Source: an uncultured bacterium | GTDB taxonomy: Bacteria > CAYJRR01 | Assembly (NCBI GenBank): GCA_964372275.1 | Contig: CAYJRR010000015.1 | Span: 1 to 49,402 of the forward strand | Length of the DNA: 49,402 nucleotides | Reading direction: 5' to 3' | In this document: positions 28,679 to 38,016 of the stretch, one piece after another | Position numbering within the stretch: the first letter of the stretch is position 1 | How the letters are laid out: each line of letters starts with the position of its first letter | Made by a program: the position numbers and the translations under genes | Notes under the pieces: model-generated | Told to the model about the DNA's origin: nothing | What the model saw: the letters and a program-made list of their open reading frames with translations, nothing else | The model's database searches: none

Positions 28679-30301
28679 CTACCCGCGCGTGAGCTCGTCG
28701 ACCAACTCCGGGGCGCGCGCCTCGAGCCAACGAGACGCGATCTCGAGCGCGACGTACAGCAGCACCGCCCCCCCGGCGAAGGCGAGCAGCGTTCCGGCGA
28801 GCTGGCCGCCCGTGCCACGAAGGAATCGGCCGCCGAGGATCGTCGCCGCCGGTGGAAGGATGAGCACGCCGAGCACCAGCTGCGAGAGACCGGCGACGAT
28901 CGAACGGGCGCTCGTCTTCTTCTGCACGCCGTGCGCGATCCGGTAGGGAAGTCTCACCGAGAGCAGCACCCCGCCCGACGCGATCCAGCACCAGACGGCG
29001 AGCCACCCGGCGGCGGCGAGCGCAATCTCCCGGGGCGAGGCCCCTCCCGAACGGAACGAGAGCGCTGCCAGAAAGAGGGCGAGTTGCGCGACTCCGATCG
29101 GGATGCGCGCCAGGAGCTTTCCGATGAGCCATCGCGCAGGCGACACCGGCGCCAGCACCAGGGCGGCGACCGCCGCGTGATCGGCGCCGAACAGGTTGGC
29201 GATCAGCGGCGAGTAGAAAAGGAGGTGGGCGGAAAGGGCCGCCGCCGGCAGCCGCCACTCCATCCAGCGCGAATCGACCGGCCCCACGCGCCCCAGCACC
29301 ATCCCCAGTACCACCGGTACGAACATCAGCGCCCAGAGAGCCGGGATCCGCGCGAGCGTCCGCAGGTCGGCGACCGCCACGCCGAGGACCGGATCCGACA
29401 CGCGTTCGAGCCACCGGCCGGCTCGTCTCGGGCGTGCCCGCATCGCCCTTGTGCCGCCCCCCGTCTCGCCGTCGAGGATCCGCCCGGTGACGCGGCGCTG
29501 GGCCCACAGGGCGACGACCGCCCAGGCCCCGAGCACCGAGAGATCGAAGAGCGTCGCGAGACCCGAGGTCCCGGACGCCAGTCGCGCGGCGGCCCCGGGG
29601 AAGGTCGCCTGCACCAGCGACAGGATCGGGATCCCGGCCCCCGTCCCCGTCGCGACGCGCTCCTCGATCACGATGCTGGAGCCTCCGGCGATCATCAGCA
29701 ACGCGACGATGCACAACAGCGCCACCTCCCTCGCCCGGCGCCCGCCGATCGCCACCGCGCCGAACGCGGCCCGAGCCAACGCCACGGCGGTGAGGTAGGC
29801 GGTCGGGACGGCGACGAGCGCGGCCGCGGCGGACAGGACCCGGCCGTGGACGACATGACCGAACGCCGCTCCGACCGCCACCCCGGCCGTCGACGGTAGG
29901 ACGAACAGGCCGGTCGGCGTCAGCGCCGCCGAGAGCAGGTCGAGCCGCAGCAGGCGTGCGCGGGAGATCGGGAAGAGTTGCAGAAGGACGAGATCGCCGC
30001 TTGCCCCCTCCTGGTCGACCACCCCTTCGATCAGCAGCAGGAAGGCCGAAACGCCGAGCAGACCGGCCACGAACCAACCGCGGATCGAGACCGGCTCCTC
30101 GACGACGGCGCAGGCGACGAGGGCCCCCACGCCCATCGCGACCGACACCAGCGCCGTCGAGACGGCGAGGATCGTCCCCAGGGCGGCGCGCACCGGGTCG
30201 GCACGCAGCGCATGACTGAACGCGTTCCGCATCGACCGAAGCTGGGCGCGGACGATCGCCCCGGCCGGGGAGACCACCGGTCCGGCCTCGGTCTCGCTCA
30301 T
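28679..30301 (-). CDS. ABC-2-type permease (about 12 TM)
   Basis: Many TM helices, NLFGAD motif, ATGA overlap with the ATPase gene. Confidence 0.78.
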   Translation of the reverse strand: MSETEAGPVVSPAGAIVRAQLRSMRNAFSHALRADPVRAALGTILAVSTALVSVAMGVGALVACAVVEEPVSIRGWFVAGLLGVSAFLLLIEGVVDQEGASGDLVLLQLFPISRARLLRLDLLSAALTPTGLFVLPSTAGVAVGAAFGHVVHGRVLSAAAALVAVPTAYLTAVALARAAFGAVAIGGRRAREVALLCIVALLMIAGGSSIVIEERVATGTGAGIPILSLVQATFPGAAARLASGTSGLATLFDLSVLGAWAVVALWAQRRVTGRILDGETGGGTRAMRARPRRAGRWLERVSDPVLGVAVADLRTLARIPALWALMFVPVVLGMVLGRVGPVDSRWMEWRLPAAALSAHLLFYSPLIANLFGADHAAVAALVLAPVSPARWLIGKLLARIPIGVAQLALFLAALSFRSGGASPREIALAAAGWLAVWCWIASGGVLLSVRLPYRIAHGVQKKTSARSIVAGLSQLVLGVLILPPAATILGGRFLRGTGGQLAGTLLAFAGGAVLLYVALEIASRWLEARAPELVDELTRG

Positions 30302-31059
30302 CCGATCCAACTCAGGGCGGAGGCCTCCCGCGTTCCGCCGACGGTGCGCAAGAAGACCTCCTCCAAGGTGCCGTCTCGCCGGAGATCGGAAAGCGTTCCG
30401 GCGACAAGCAGCCTGCCGCGGGCCAGGATCGCCACGTCGGTGCAGAGCCGTTCCACGATCTCCAGCACGTGGCTGGTCAGGAAGACGGTGATCTCGCGGC
30501 GGGCGAGCGATTGCAGCAGCTCGCGGATGGTGCGCGCCGCGACCGGGTCGATCCCTTCGAACGGCTCGTCGAGGAACAGGACCCGCGGACCGTGGAGCAA
30601 CGCTCCGGAGAGGGCGATCTTCTTCCGCATGCCGTGGCTGTAGTCGGCGATCAGCTTGTCGGCGTCGGGCGCGAGGTCGAGCAGCTCCAACAGCTCCTCC
30701 GAGCGGCGGCCGATCTCCCCTTCGCGGAGGCCGTGCATCCGGCCGCAGAAGGTGAGGTACTCGCGCCCGGAAAGCCGCTCGAACAGCGGCACGCCGTCGG
30801 GGATCACGCCGACTGCGCGGCGGGATTCGACTCCACGTGACCATGGATCGATCCCCAGGATCCGTACCGAGCCGGCCGTCGGCCGGAGCAGGCCCACCAT
30901 CATCCGCACCGTGGTCGACTTCCCGGCGCCGTTGGGCCCCAGGAAGCCGAAGAGCGAGCCGCGCGGTACGCGCAGCGACAGCGCGTCGACGGCGACCACC
31001 TCGCCGAACCGCTTGGTCAGCCCCTCCACCTCGAGCGCGGGCGCCTGCGGCGCGGACAT
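30298..31059 (-). CDS. ABC transporter ATP-binding protein
   Basis: GPNGAGKST, YSHGMRKK, LFLDEP, TSH. Confidence 0.95.
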   Translation of the reverse strand: MSAPQAPALEVEGLTKRFGEVVAVDALSLRVPRGSLFGFLGPNGAGKSTTVRMMVGLLRPTAGSVRILGIDPWSRGVESRRAVGVIPDGVPLFERLSGREYLTFCGRMHGLREGEIGRRSEELLELLDLAPDADKLIADYSHGMRKKIALSGALLHGPRVLFLDEPFEGIDPVAARTIRELLQSLARREITVFLTSHVLEIVERLCTDVAILARGRLLVAGTLSDLRRDGTLEEVFLRTVGGTREASALSWIG

Positions 31060-31239
31060 GCGGGAAGCCACGCTACCCCAAGCCCGGGGCCGGCGCCAGG
31101 CCGGAAGCGAGCCGCGGTGAGCCAGGCCGATGCACGTTCGCCACCAACGTCCCAGCGCCCGTGGTTACAACCTGTCCCGCTTCCCCATGGCCACCGGCCC
31201 CTCCTCCCACAGGATCGGCTACTTGAGGTCGCGCGATCG

Positions 31240-31255
31240 TGGTCCAACCCTTGCT
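31240..31255 (+). promoter_or_regulatory. Probable sigma54 promoter
   Basis: TGGTCCA-ACCC-TTGCT (GG-N10-GC), then GGAGG and a TTG/GTG start. Confidence 0.55.
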
Positions 31256-31282
31256 CGCGCGGCGCGTCTCCGGAGGGATCCG

Positions 31283-31795
31283 TTGGTGCGAGCCACTCGT
31301 CTTTCGTGGATGGCAGTCCTGATGCTCATGGCCTCGGGGAACGCCCGCGCGGACTGCGATCCGACGCCCGGGTGGTCGTTGCAGCCGCTCTCGGATGCCG
31401 CGCTGGAGGCCGCGGAGTGGCATCGAAAATGGGACGAAGACGCCGCCGCGGCCGCAGCCCGGGGTCCGGAGGGTGCCCGGGAATGGGCGGCGTTCCGGAC
31501 TCGGGAACTCGAACGGGATCGCCGGCGTCACGAGGAGCGTGTGGAGCAGATGACTCCGCAGGCGATCCTGCAGGTCCATGGTCCGACGCTCGCGTACGAC
31601 GCGAATCGCGACGCCGCCTACGCCTTGCGCGAGGCGATTCGAACGGCCCGCGGCGGCGCGGTGTCCGTACGGCGCCCCATCCACGGCGTCGCGTGGCAGT
31701 ACCCGACGACCGCGGAGGCCGAGCGCAAGCTCGCCGAGCTGGACGCCGAAGCGGCCACCCTTCACCCGCTGGCGTACCCCCGTCCGACGCGCTAA
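31283..31795 (+). CDS. Hypothetical exported protein
   Basis: GGAGG RBS; signal-like RATRLSWMAVLMLMASGNARA; stop overlaps the bioF stop. Confidence 0.55.
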   Translation: MVRATRLSWMAVLMLMASGNARADCDPTPGWSLQPLSDAALEAAEWHRKWDEDAAAAAARGPEGAREWAAFRTRELERDRRRHEERVEQMTPQAILQVHGPTLAYDANRDAAYALREAIRTARGGAVSVRRPIHGVAWQYPTTAEAERKLAELDAEAATLHPLAYPRPTR

Positions 31796-33021
31796 CCGCC
31801 GACGGCGCGCGCCATGGGGCGCAACGCCGAAAACGCGGTGGCAATGCGATCGATCCGCGCCTCGTCGAAGTCGGCCGTGATCGACAGCCGCAGGCGGCAC
31901 GTCCCGGGGGCCACCGTCGGCGGCCGGATCCCCTGGCAGTAGATCCCCTGCTCGAGGAGGCGCGCCGACGCCTCCATCGTCGCGCCGGCGTCGTGGAGCA
32001 TCACCGGGACGATCTGCGCGCGGGCCGGTCCCAGTGACCATCCCTGGACCTCGAGCGCCCCTCGCAGGCGTGCGGCCGCCGCGCGCAGACGCTCGCGCCG
32101 ACCGGGCTCCGCGCGGGAGAGGGCGATGGCGGCCTCGGCTGCCGCCGCGGCCGAGGGCGGTAGGGCGGTGGTGAAGATGAAGCCGCGCGCCCGCGAGGTG
32201 AGGAGCTCCACGATCTCCGGGGCCGCGGCGATGAAGGCCCCGTAGCTGCCGAACGCCTTCCCAAAGGTGCCCATCCGCACCAGGTTCGGATCGTCCTCCG
32301 GCAGCCCGGACGCGGCGGAGCCGCCCCGTCCATCCGGCCCCAGAACGCCGATCGCGTGCGCCTCGTCGACGTAGAGGATCGCGCCATGGAGTCGAGCGGC
32401 GTCGAACAGCGCGTCCAGCGGCGCGAGGTCGCCGTCCATCGAGAAAAGACTCTCGGTGACGACGACCTTGCGGCGCGCGCGCGATCGGGCGAGCACTTCG
32501 GCGATCGCACGCGCGTCTCCATGGGGGGTGACGACCACCTTCGCGCGCGCCAAGCGGCATCCGTCGATGAGGCTGGCGTGGTTCAACGCGTCGGAGACGA
32601 TGAGCCCCCCCTCCCCGGCCAGGACCGCGAGGGCGCTGAGATTGGCGTGGAAGCCGGAGGAGAAGAGGAGCGCGGCGGGACCCCGCGTGGCCGCCGCGGA
32701 CCCTCGGGAGCCGACCGGCGGCACGATGGAGAGGAAACGACGAACGGCCGCCTCCAGTCGCGCGTGCGGCGTCGAGTTGCCGACGATCAACCGCGCCGCC
32801 CCCGCGCCGTTGCCGAAACGGTCCAGCGCCTCCTTCGCCGCCGCCACCACCGCGGGGTGCGAGGCCAGGCCCAGGTAGTCGTTGGAACAGGCGTTCAACA
32901 CCCGCCGCCCGTCGAGCTCGATCTCGGGACCCTGCGGCGACGAGACTTCACGCAACCGGCGCGCGAGACCCGCCACGCGCAAGCCGGTCAACTCCGCGCG
33001 CAGCTCGTCGAGCGTGGACAT
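31792..33021 (-). CDS. bioF: 8-amino-7-oxononanoate synthase
   Basis: SNDYLGLA, DALNHASLIDG, FSMDGD, VDEAH, TFGKA, IRPPTV. Confidence 0.97.
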   Translation of the reverse strand: MSTLDELRAELTGLRVAGLARRLREVSSPQGPEIELDGRRVLNACSNDYLGLASHPAVVAAAKEALDRFGNGAGAARLIVGNSTPHARLEAAVRRFLSIVPPVGSRGSAAATRGPAALLFSSGFHANLSALAVLAGEGGLIVSDALNHASLIDGCRLARAKVVVTPHGDARAIAEVLARSRARRKVVVTESLFSMDGDLAPLDALFDAARLHGAILYVDEAHAIGVLGPDGRGGSAASGLPEDDPNLVRMGTFGKAFGSYGAFIAAAPEIVELLTSRARGFIFTTALPPSAAAAAEAAIALSRAEPGRRERLRAAAARLRGALEVQGWSLGPARAQIVPVMLHDAGATMEASARLLEQGIYCQGIRPPTVAPGTCRLRLSITADFDEARIDRIATAFSALRPMARAVGG

Positions 33022-33033
33022 CGCCGGCGTACC

Positions 33034-34104
33034 CTACGAGGGGAGGACGGTCAGCCGGCCGCCCGGTACGGCCGCTGCCCTTCCCGTCTCCGGCCGGTAC
33101 GTCGTCGCCCGGTCGCGCGCCGCCTCGTGTTCCTGGTGGCCGCTGCAGGCCATCACCTTCAAGCCAAGGTCGTGGATCATGCGCAGGTCGTCGTGGTGGT
33201 TCCGCCCGCCGGTGGTGAGATAGCCGCCGACCATCATCCCGTTGGCGCCGGCGTAGAAGATCATCGACTGCAGGTCGCGCAGGTTCAGCTCGCGCCCCCC
33301 CATGCAGAAGAGGTCCTGGGTCGGCATCAAGAGCCGGTAGACGGCGAGGATCCGCAGGCACTCCAGCGGCGTCAGGTCGGTCCCCTTTCCGTGGAGCGGC
33401 GTCCCCTCGATCGGGGAGAGGAAGTTCACCGGGACGTGGCTGACGCCGAGACTCTTCAGCTCCATCGCCAGCTCGACGCGCTGCGCCCGGGTCTCGCCCA
33501 TCCCCAGGATGCCGCCGGTGCAGGTCTGGAACCCCGCCGCCTTGGCGCGACGGACCGCCTCGATCTCCTGCTCGAAGGAGTGGGTCTTGACGATCTCGCC
33601 GTGGTGGCTGCGCGCCGTCTCCAGGTTGTGGTGGACGTTGACCAGACCCGCGTCCCGGAGCTTGGTCAGCGCCGCGTCGTCGAGGAGCCCCAACGAGACG
33701 CACGGCTCCAACCCCTCCCCCTTCACCCGCGCCACCGCTTCGGCGACGACCGAAAGCTCCCGGCCGTCCTCCATCGACGTCCCGGAGGTGACGATCGAGA
33801 ACTCGCGAACCCCCTTCGCTTTCGCCTCCCGCGCCCGGCCGACGATCTCGTCGGCGGTCATCAGCGGGTATTCGGGGGAATGGGTCTCGAAGTGGGCCGA
33901 CTGGGCGCAGAAGTCGCAGCGTTCCGGACACCGCCCGCTCTTGGCGTTGACGATCCCGCACAACTTCACCCACGGGCCCTTGTGCCGTTCGCGCAGCTCG
34001 TTCGCCAACGGGAAGAGGCGCGGGATGGCGGCCGGGGGCAGGTCGAAACAGGCGAGCGCCTGGGCTTCGGTGATCCCGGCGAACGCCGGGTCGCGCACCT
34101 GACG
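33034..34104 (-). CDS. bioB: Biotin synthase; start lies in the gap
   Basis: NAKSGRCPERCDFCAQS, HHNLET, GGILGMGE, PVNFL, GGYLTT. Confidence 0.96.
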   Translation of the reverse strand, partial: RQVRDPAFAGITEAQALACFDLPPAAIPRLFPLANELRERHKGPWVKLCGIVNAKSGRCPERCDFCAQSAHFETHSPEYPLMTADEIVGRAREAKAKGVREFSIVTSGTSMEDGRELSVVAEAVARVKGEGLEPCVSLGLLDDAALTKLRDAGLVNVHHNLETARSHHGEIVKTHSFEQEIEAVRRAKAAGFQTCTGGILGMGETRAQRVELAMELKSLGVSHVPVNFLSPIEGTPLHGKGTDLTPLECLRILAVYRLLMPTQDLFCMGGRELNLRDLQSMIFYAGANGMMVGGYLTTGGRNHHDDLRMIHDLGLKVMACSGHQEHEAARDRATTYRPETGRAAAVPGGRLTVLPS

Positions 34105-34204
34105 NNNNNNNNNNNNNNNNNNNNNNNNNNNNNNNNNNNNNNNNNNNNNNNNNNNNNNNNNNNNNNNNNNNNNNNNNNNNNNNNNNNNNNNNNNNNNNNN
34201 NNNN
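34105..34204. other. Scaffold gap (100 N) with real missing sequence
   Basis: Flanks do not overlap; the TPR stop and bioB start are both absent. Confidence 0.85.
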
Positions 34205-35360
34205 ACAGATGCGCCGACTTCACGGGCGTGGCGAGCGCCTTGGCCACGGTCGCCTGCGCGGCGTCGACGTCGCCGGCCGCCAGCTGCGCGCGCGCGAGCG
34301 GAATCCAGCTCGAAACGTTCGGGCGCGCCTCGGCGTTCCGGGTGAGCATCGCGACGGCCCCGGGAAGGTCGAGGCCGTGGTCGACGAGGAAGGTCCCCAT
34401 GTGTTGCCAGGTCGCCTCGGGGAACTCGGCCGCTTGCTCCCGGAAGATCTCGTGCGCCCGATCGACGAGCGGTTTGGCCTTCGCCGGAACCTCGATCAGC
34501 GAGGCCAGCGCCCCCATGAACTCGGGGTCCTCGCCTTTGGACAGGATCTCCTGGTACCGGCGAACCGCCGCGTCGCGGTTCCCCAGCAGCGCGTCGACCT
34601 CCGCCCGATGCTCGGCGGCGAGCACCGACGCCGGATCGGCCGACAGCGCCCGGTCGTATCGCGACGTGGCCTTCTCGAGCTCCCCCGATTCGAGATGACG
34701 GATGCCGCGCTGCACGTGCAGCCAGGCGGCGAACCCGTCTTGCGCGGGCGGCACCTTCGACTCCGCGCGATCGAACAACCGATCGGCCTCGGCCACGTTC
34801 CCGCGCTCGTACTCCAGGTTGGCGAGAGAGGCCAGCGACGCGAAGTCCTCCTTCGCGGAAGCGACCCGTTTCCACATCGACCACGCGTCGTCGTAGCGCC
34901 CTTTCGACAGCGCCACGTCGGCGAGCAACGCCTCCGTCTCGAGCGGGTCGGGATCGCGGATCGTACGGGCCCGGGCGAGGTCGGCTTCGGCGTCGGCGAA
35001 ACGGTGCAGGGCCATCGACGCGCGGGCGCGCGCCTTCAGCAGCTCGGCGGTCGGCACGCGGTCGATCCCGATCGTCGCGTATCGGATCGCCTCGCGGAAC
35101 GATCCGAGATCGCCGCGGAGGTGGCCGCGCTTCAGGAGAACGGAGACCAGCCGTCCGAGGAATCCCGACGCCGGATTCCCGTCGACCTGCGCCTTCAGGT
35201 GGGCGATCAGCGCGAGGTTGTCGTGCTCCTGCTCGCGGGAAAGACGAGGGGCCCCGGTCTCCCGGGACCCCTCGTTCGACTCCTCCGCCGGACCGCCGCG
35301 GCAACCCCCGATCGTCAGCGACGATACGAGGAGAAGGATCCGCGACGCTCGGCGGGTCAT
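34205..35360 (-). CDS. TPR lipoprotein of the DUF4331 operon; 3' end lies in the gap
   Basis: IGGC lipobox-like; TPR helices, LHRFADA, AAWLHVQRG, LAAEHRAEV. Confidence 0.85.
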
Positions 35361-35373
35361 CGGCGACCTTGCG

Positions 35374-35910
35374 CTAGTGCGGCGCCGCGAGGTACGGGAA
35401 CTCCGTCAGGAAGTCGACGTCGTTCTCGTCGATGTGGTCGGTCAGGATCGCCGCGCTCGTCCCCGAGCAGAAGGTCGCCCCGCCGTTCGACGAGTAGACC
35501 GACAGCAGCAGCAGGTCGAACACGTCGTCCTCCAGCGTGCGCCCGTTGAGGAAGCCGCTGGTGGTGGTGGTGGTGATCGTCAGGACGTCGGGGAGCAGCG
35601 CGCTCGTCAGCGATGCCGGCGGGCAGGCGTGCAGCAGCCCGACCACCGTCGGCAGCGCCGAGCCGAAGGCCGCCTCGTCGGCGGAGGGGCTCGCCGCGTT
35701 GAACGCGTCCGACGACGCGCCCGACGTGTCGAGCACCTTCTTGATGATGGTGTTGAGTGCCGGGCGCCCCTTGCGGTCGATCCGCGTCGGGCTGTCGGCC
35801 GGGTCCTCGAACGAAGGCCCGTCCTTCTTCTTCTCGTCTCCGCCGCAGGCCGCGATGCCGATCCCGAGGGCCAGACCCGCGAGCACCAAGATCAGTCGAT
35901 TGGTCTTCAT
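35374..35910 (-). CDS. DUF4331-like lipoprotein (C-terminal-half motifs)
   Basis: IAAC lipobox; IDRKGRPALNT, LLPDVL, NGRTLEDDVFD, FPYLAAPH. Confidence 0.85.
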   Translation of the reverse strand: MKTNRLILVLAGLALGIGIAACGGDEKKKDGPSFEDPADSPTRIDRKGRPALNTIIKKVLDTSGASSDAFNAASPSADEAAFGSALPTVVGLLHACPPASLTSALLPDVLTITTTTTSGFLNGRTLEDDVFDLLLLSVYSSNGGATFCSGTSAAILTDHIDENDVDFLTEFPYLAAPH

Positions 35911-35921
35911 GGGTTTCCCTC

Positions 35922-36659
35922 TCACTCTTCCGTGCTCGCCCAGATGGCGAGGTTGGAGCTGGCGAAGTCGGTTAGCGGAACCTCGATCACGATCGCCGAG
36001 ACGTTGGCGCCGGCGAAGGTGTCGGTGACGTCGGTCGGATAGGCGCCGAACTGCGGCGCCCCGAGGCACCCGGTCCCCCCGGTGCTCCGGTCGCAGCTCC
36101 CCAGGAAGCACTTGTCGGTCGATCCGTAGCAGCTGGTGAACCCCTTGTAGTTGGTCGCACCGCCGCCGAGGAGGCTGAAGAAGAACGGATCGTCGCGCGG
36201 ACCGGCGAAGACCTTCACCGCGTGGTCGTCGGAAGTGACGATCCTCGGCTCGGCGTCGGCCCCGTCGTGGGCGGTATTGATCCGCCCGATGATGTCGTCG
36301 TCCTCCCCCTCGCCGTGTCCGGTACCGCGCACGCGGACGTACTGCTTGCTCCCCACGTCCGCGAACTGGAAGAGGTACGTCTTCTCGTCGGTCGCCACGT
36401 TCCCGTCGCTGTCGACGTGAATGCGGTATTCGGCGGTGGTCGAGAAGTGGAAGTCCTCGGTCGCGACCGGCCCGCTGAACGGGTTGACGGTCACCACCAT
36501 CACCAAGGAAGCCCCGCTCTTGAAGGCGTAGACGTCGTTGATGTCGGTCGTCGGGTCCGCTTCCACACTCGGCGAATCACGGTGATCCGCCGCGTAGGCG
36601 GGCGTCGCCGCCAGCGCCAAGGCGCCGGCCATCGCCGTCCGCAGATGCCATCCTTTCAT
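35922..36659 (-). CDS. DUF4331-like exported protein (N-terminal-half motifs)
   Basis: Signal peptide AYA then ADHRDSP, DINDVYAF, FAGPRDDPFFF, DTFAGANVSAIVIEVP. Confidence 0.88.
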   Translation of the reverse strand: MKGWHLRTAMAGALALAATPAYAADHRDSPSVEADPTTDINDVYAFKSGASLVMVVTVNPFSGPVATEDFHFSTTAEYRIHVDSDGNVATDEKTYLFQFADVGSKQYVRVRGTGHGEGEDDDIIGRINTAHDGADAEPRIVTSDDHAVKVFAGPRDDPFFFSLLGGGATNYKGFTSCYGSTDKCFLGSCDRSTGGTGCLGAPQFGAYPTDVTDTFAGANVSAIVIEVPLTDFASSNLAIWASTEE

Positions 36660-36711
36660 TCCGTCCCCCTCGGTTTCCGTGCTGCGTTATGCGACGTAGC
36701 GGTCGCGAGGA

Positions 36712-36736
36712 TACGGAGTTCGGGCGAGCCGATGCA
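36712..36736 (-). promoter_or_regulatory. Possible ECF-sigma promoter of the DUF4331 operon
   Basis: TGCATC-N15-CGTA on the - strand about 50 nt before the start. Confidence 0.4.
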
Positions 36737-36754
36737 ACCGCTCTTTTCGGCGTG

Positions 36755-37837
36755 TCAGGGGGTCGTGCAGTCGGCGGAGGGTTCACCGAGCACCAGATCG
36801 ATCGCCCGCCGTGCGCCGCGCGCGGTGGCCGCGATCCCGCTCTTGAGGAGTCCCGCGACCTCGAGAGCGGCCGCGCGCAATCTTCGCGTCGCGCCGTGGT
36901 TGCGCAGCCACCGGTCGATCGACAACTCGACCTCGATCCCGATCCCGGTCGCCAGCCCCGCCCCCGCCATCACCTTGGCCCCGATCCGCGCCGTCATCCG
37001 GGTCCAGTCGATCTTGAAGTACACCCCGGTATCGGCGCCGACGCCGTAGCCGACCGACGCGGAGAAAAGGGCGTTGATCGCGACGCCGTGGAAGGAGAGC
37101 TGGCTGCTGGTGAAGCCGGCCAGCGTCGCGCCGGCGAACGCCCCGAGACGCGCGCCAGTCGACACCCCCTCCCAGCCGAGACGCGTGTAGGCACCGGCCG
37201 ACACGTCGGCCCCCAGGCTCGTCCACGCCGTCCCGTACGCCAGTCCCCTCATCGGCGACCGCTTGTCGCCGAACCGTGCGACATCGGAGGTTGCGGTCAG
37301 CCCCAGCAGCGTCACCGAACCGCATACGCCGCCGCCGCCGATCAGTCCCGCAGGGGTCAAGCCAATCCCGGCGTAGCTTGCCGACCAGAGTCCAAGCAGG
37401 TCGACGCTCGCCTCGCCGAATCGCCCACGTGCGATCGGGATCTCGCCCCGCTTCACCATTCCGGCGGTCAGACCGCCGAACCACTCACGCTCCGTGTGGA
37501 GGAAGGTGATGCCGATTCCGTCCCCGCCGGCGGCGGCGGCGTCGACAGCCGCGGTGATCTCCTCTGTGCCGAGCGGCCGGTTGGTCCGCTTGTTGACGAA
37601 GCGCCCGTCCTCGGTCCGCGCAAGAACGATCCCGTCCCCCCACGCCGACTCGAACCAGGGGGCCAGGTCGTGGCCCCACGCCGGATCGGCGAAGCTGGTC
37701 GTGGTGAAGTCGGGCGGCCACGCCTCCTCGTCCTCGCCGATCGGCGGCGGCGTGTCGGCGGCGGAACCGGTCTCCGTGCCCGCCGCCAGAACGGCCAGCG
37801 ACAACGCGAGCGAGAAGATCGTCCGGCGGAGCGCCAT
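36755..37837 (-). CDS. Hypothetical exported protein with glycine-rich beta-strand C-domain
   Basis: Signal peptide MALRRTIFSLALSLAVLAA; alternating Gly/hydrophobic strands. Confidence 0.72.
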   Translation of the reverse strand: MALRRTIFSLALSLAVLAAGTETGSAADTPPPIGEDEEAWPPDFTTTSFADPAWGHDLAPWFESAWGDGIVLARTEDGRFVNKRTNRPLGTEEITAAVDAAAAGGDGIGITFLHTEREWFGGLTAGMVKRGEIPIARGRFGEASVDLLGLWSASYAGIGLTPAGLIGGGGVCGSVTLLGLTATSDVARFGDKRSPMRGLAYGTAWTSLGADVSAGAYTRLGWEGVSTGARLGAFAGATLAGFTSSQLSFHGVAINALFSASVGYGVGADTGVYFKIDWTRMTARIGAKVMAGAGLATGIGIEVELSIDRWLRNHGATRRLRAAALEVAGLLKSGIAATARGARRAIDLVLGEPSADCTTP

Positions 37838-37852
37838 GGGGTCGCCCGTCCG

Positions 37853-37868
37853 AGCAATCCCCATGCCC
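37853..37868 (-). promoter_or_regulatory. Probable sigma54 promoter
   Basis: GGGCATG-GGGA-TTGCT (GG-N10-GC) before ATG 37837. Confidence 0.55.
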
Positions 37869-38016
37869 CGGAGAGTCCGCATTCGGTGCGCGAAAGCCCC
37901 GAGATTCCGGGCCAGTTCGGCTTGGCACAGCGTTGTGGGTGCGACCGCCGGGACATCCCCAACCCAGGGGCGGACTTTGACCTCCCCGATCGAGATCGCG
38001 TAGCGTGGATCGTTCG

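Noticed and set aside
31095-31122. GCCAGGCCGGAAGCGAGC resembling SRP RNA helix 8
   Set aside because: The stem around the GGAA loop does not pair and the AGCAG motif is absent
31140-31172. GGTTACAA as a possible BirA operator half-site
   Set aside because: No matching left arm, and it is not upstream of a bio gene
33034-35360. Apparent 756-aa bioB fusion and TPR read-through across the gap
   Set aside because: Artefact of translating through Ns; the TPR and bioB are in different frames
37922-37937. TTGGCACAGCGTTGTG as a sigma54 promoter for the activator
   Set aside because: No GC at the required GG-N10-GC spacing
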